Shown: piece by piece, positions 63,252 to 64,000 of the stretch
Numbering within the stretch: position 1 is the first letter of the stretch
How the letters are laid out: every line of letters begins with the position of its first letter
From: Adineta vaga
Taxonomy: Eukaryota > Animalia > Rotifera
DNA length: 64,000 nt
Direction: 5' to 3'
NCBI GenBank assembly: GCA_021613535.1
Contig: CP075493.1
Location: 4,464,001 to 4,528,000, forward strand
Made by a program: the position numbers and the translations under genes
The notes under the pieces: generated by a model
Seen by the model: the letters and a program-made list of their open reading frames with translations, nothing else
Database searches by the model: none
What the model was told of the DNA's origin: nothing

Positions 63252-64000
63252 TTACCAATAATAAAATTGATTACGTTCATTCTTATCATTCATATCACAA
63301 CCAGGAGTCCATTTGGAAAGTTTCGTTAGATTTTTAAAGCCAAGCTGTGCTGCTGGACTATTTGATTGTATAGTAAAGAAATCACATTGATTTACATCAC
63401 CCATAAATAGTGGATCGGCAATGAGACTACTATTATCTTGTCCAGTTTTTTGCCAATCAGAAAATGATGTATGATGTCTTCCGAATAGTAATGTTGTACC
63501 GTACGGATTATAATAAAGATTATTATTAAAGAAAGCAATGACATCTTGATCAGATTCGTAAGCTGAATGATTACTACCTTGAAATGTATCATAAACAATA
63601 TTACGTTGAAATATTAATGATGTATGATTTTCAGCAAGTGCAATATGAATATCACCATCCGTATCTGGATCACCAGCATGTGGTGGTGGATTAAGTGAAG
63701 CACGTGCAAAGACATTATTGATAATAGTATTATTAGCACCATAATGTTGAAAAAATGATGCCCAACCAGTGTTGTAAACAACATTATTGGAGACAACAAC
63801 TTGAGATGTACCTTCATCAAGATAGATACCCCACATATACATAGCATAACTAAATACGTTCTTAATGACATTTCCATGAATTACTGTTCCTGGTTGAATA
63901 CCAAGTGTATAGATACCACCTTGATCACAGAGTATATGTTGTCCAGTATTATAGATATAGTTACCTTGAACTAATATATTACTAGTATACGATGGAGCAT
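63252..64000 (-). CDS. Right-handed beta-helix protein, GH141-like; 3' part, runs off the window
   Basis: Open frame from the window edge: LCDQGGIYTLG.QPGT, WGIYLDEGTS, QHYGANN, SLIADPLF. Confidence 0.8.
   Translation of the reverse strand, partial: APSYTSNILVQGNYIYNTGQHILCDQGGIYTLGIQPGTVIHGNVIKNVFSYAMYMWGIYLDEGTSQVVVSNNVVYNTGWASFFQHYGANNTIINNVFARASLNPPPHAGDPDTDGDIHIALAENHTSLIFQRNIVYDTFQGSNHSAYESDQDVIAFFNNNLYYNPYGTTLLFGRHHTSFSDWQKTGQDNSSLIADPLFMGDVNQCDFFTIQSNSPAAQLGFKNLTKLSKWTPGCDMNDKNERNQFYYW

Noticed and set aside
1-64000. Prokaryotic origin or contamination suggested by bacterial-type enzymes
   Set aside because: Spliceosomal introns throughout, animal-type genes (GPCR, MAM, PDZ, TM6SF) interleaved, and broadly uniform base composition.

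Overview
AT-rich, gene-dense eukaryotic DNA with many short (~50-90 nt) GT-AG introns. The gene families present (F-box/LRR proteins, divergent class-A GPCRs, intracellular R-S-E ADP-ribosyltransferases, bacterial-type hydrolases) fit a bdelloid rotifer (Adineta/Rotaria-like); this assignment is an inference. About 30 genes can be reconstructed once introns are allowed for. The main finding is a gene at 9878-16815 that fuses a toxin-type Arg-ADP-ribosyltransferase (ART) to an array of 20 one-repeat-per-exon, phase-0 LRR cassettes. Exons and introns are homogenised, but four predicted ligand-contacting codons are hypervariable, and the array shows signs of recent recombination, so it is a candidate variable receptor-effector system. 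A second ART is spliced onto a six-PDZ scaffold (39537-43125), and a third, PARP-like membrane ART (34431-35788) is disrupted. The window also holds several probable horizontally acquired genes and multiple frameshifts that may be pseudogenisation or consensus errors. No rRNA, tRNA, CRISPR array or intact transposon was recognised.
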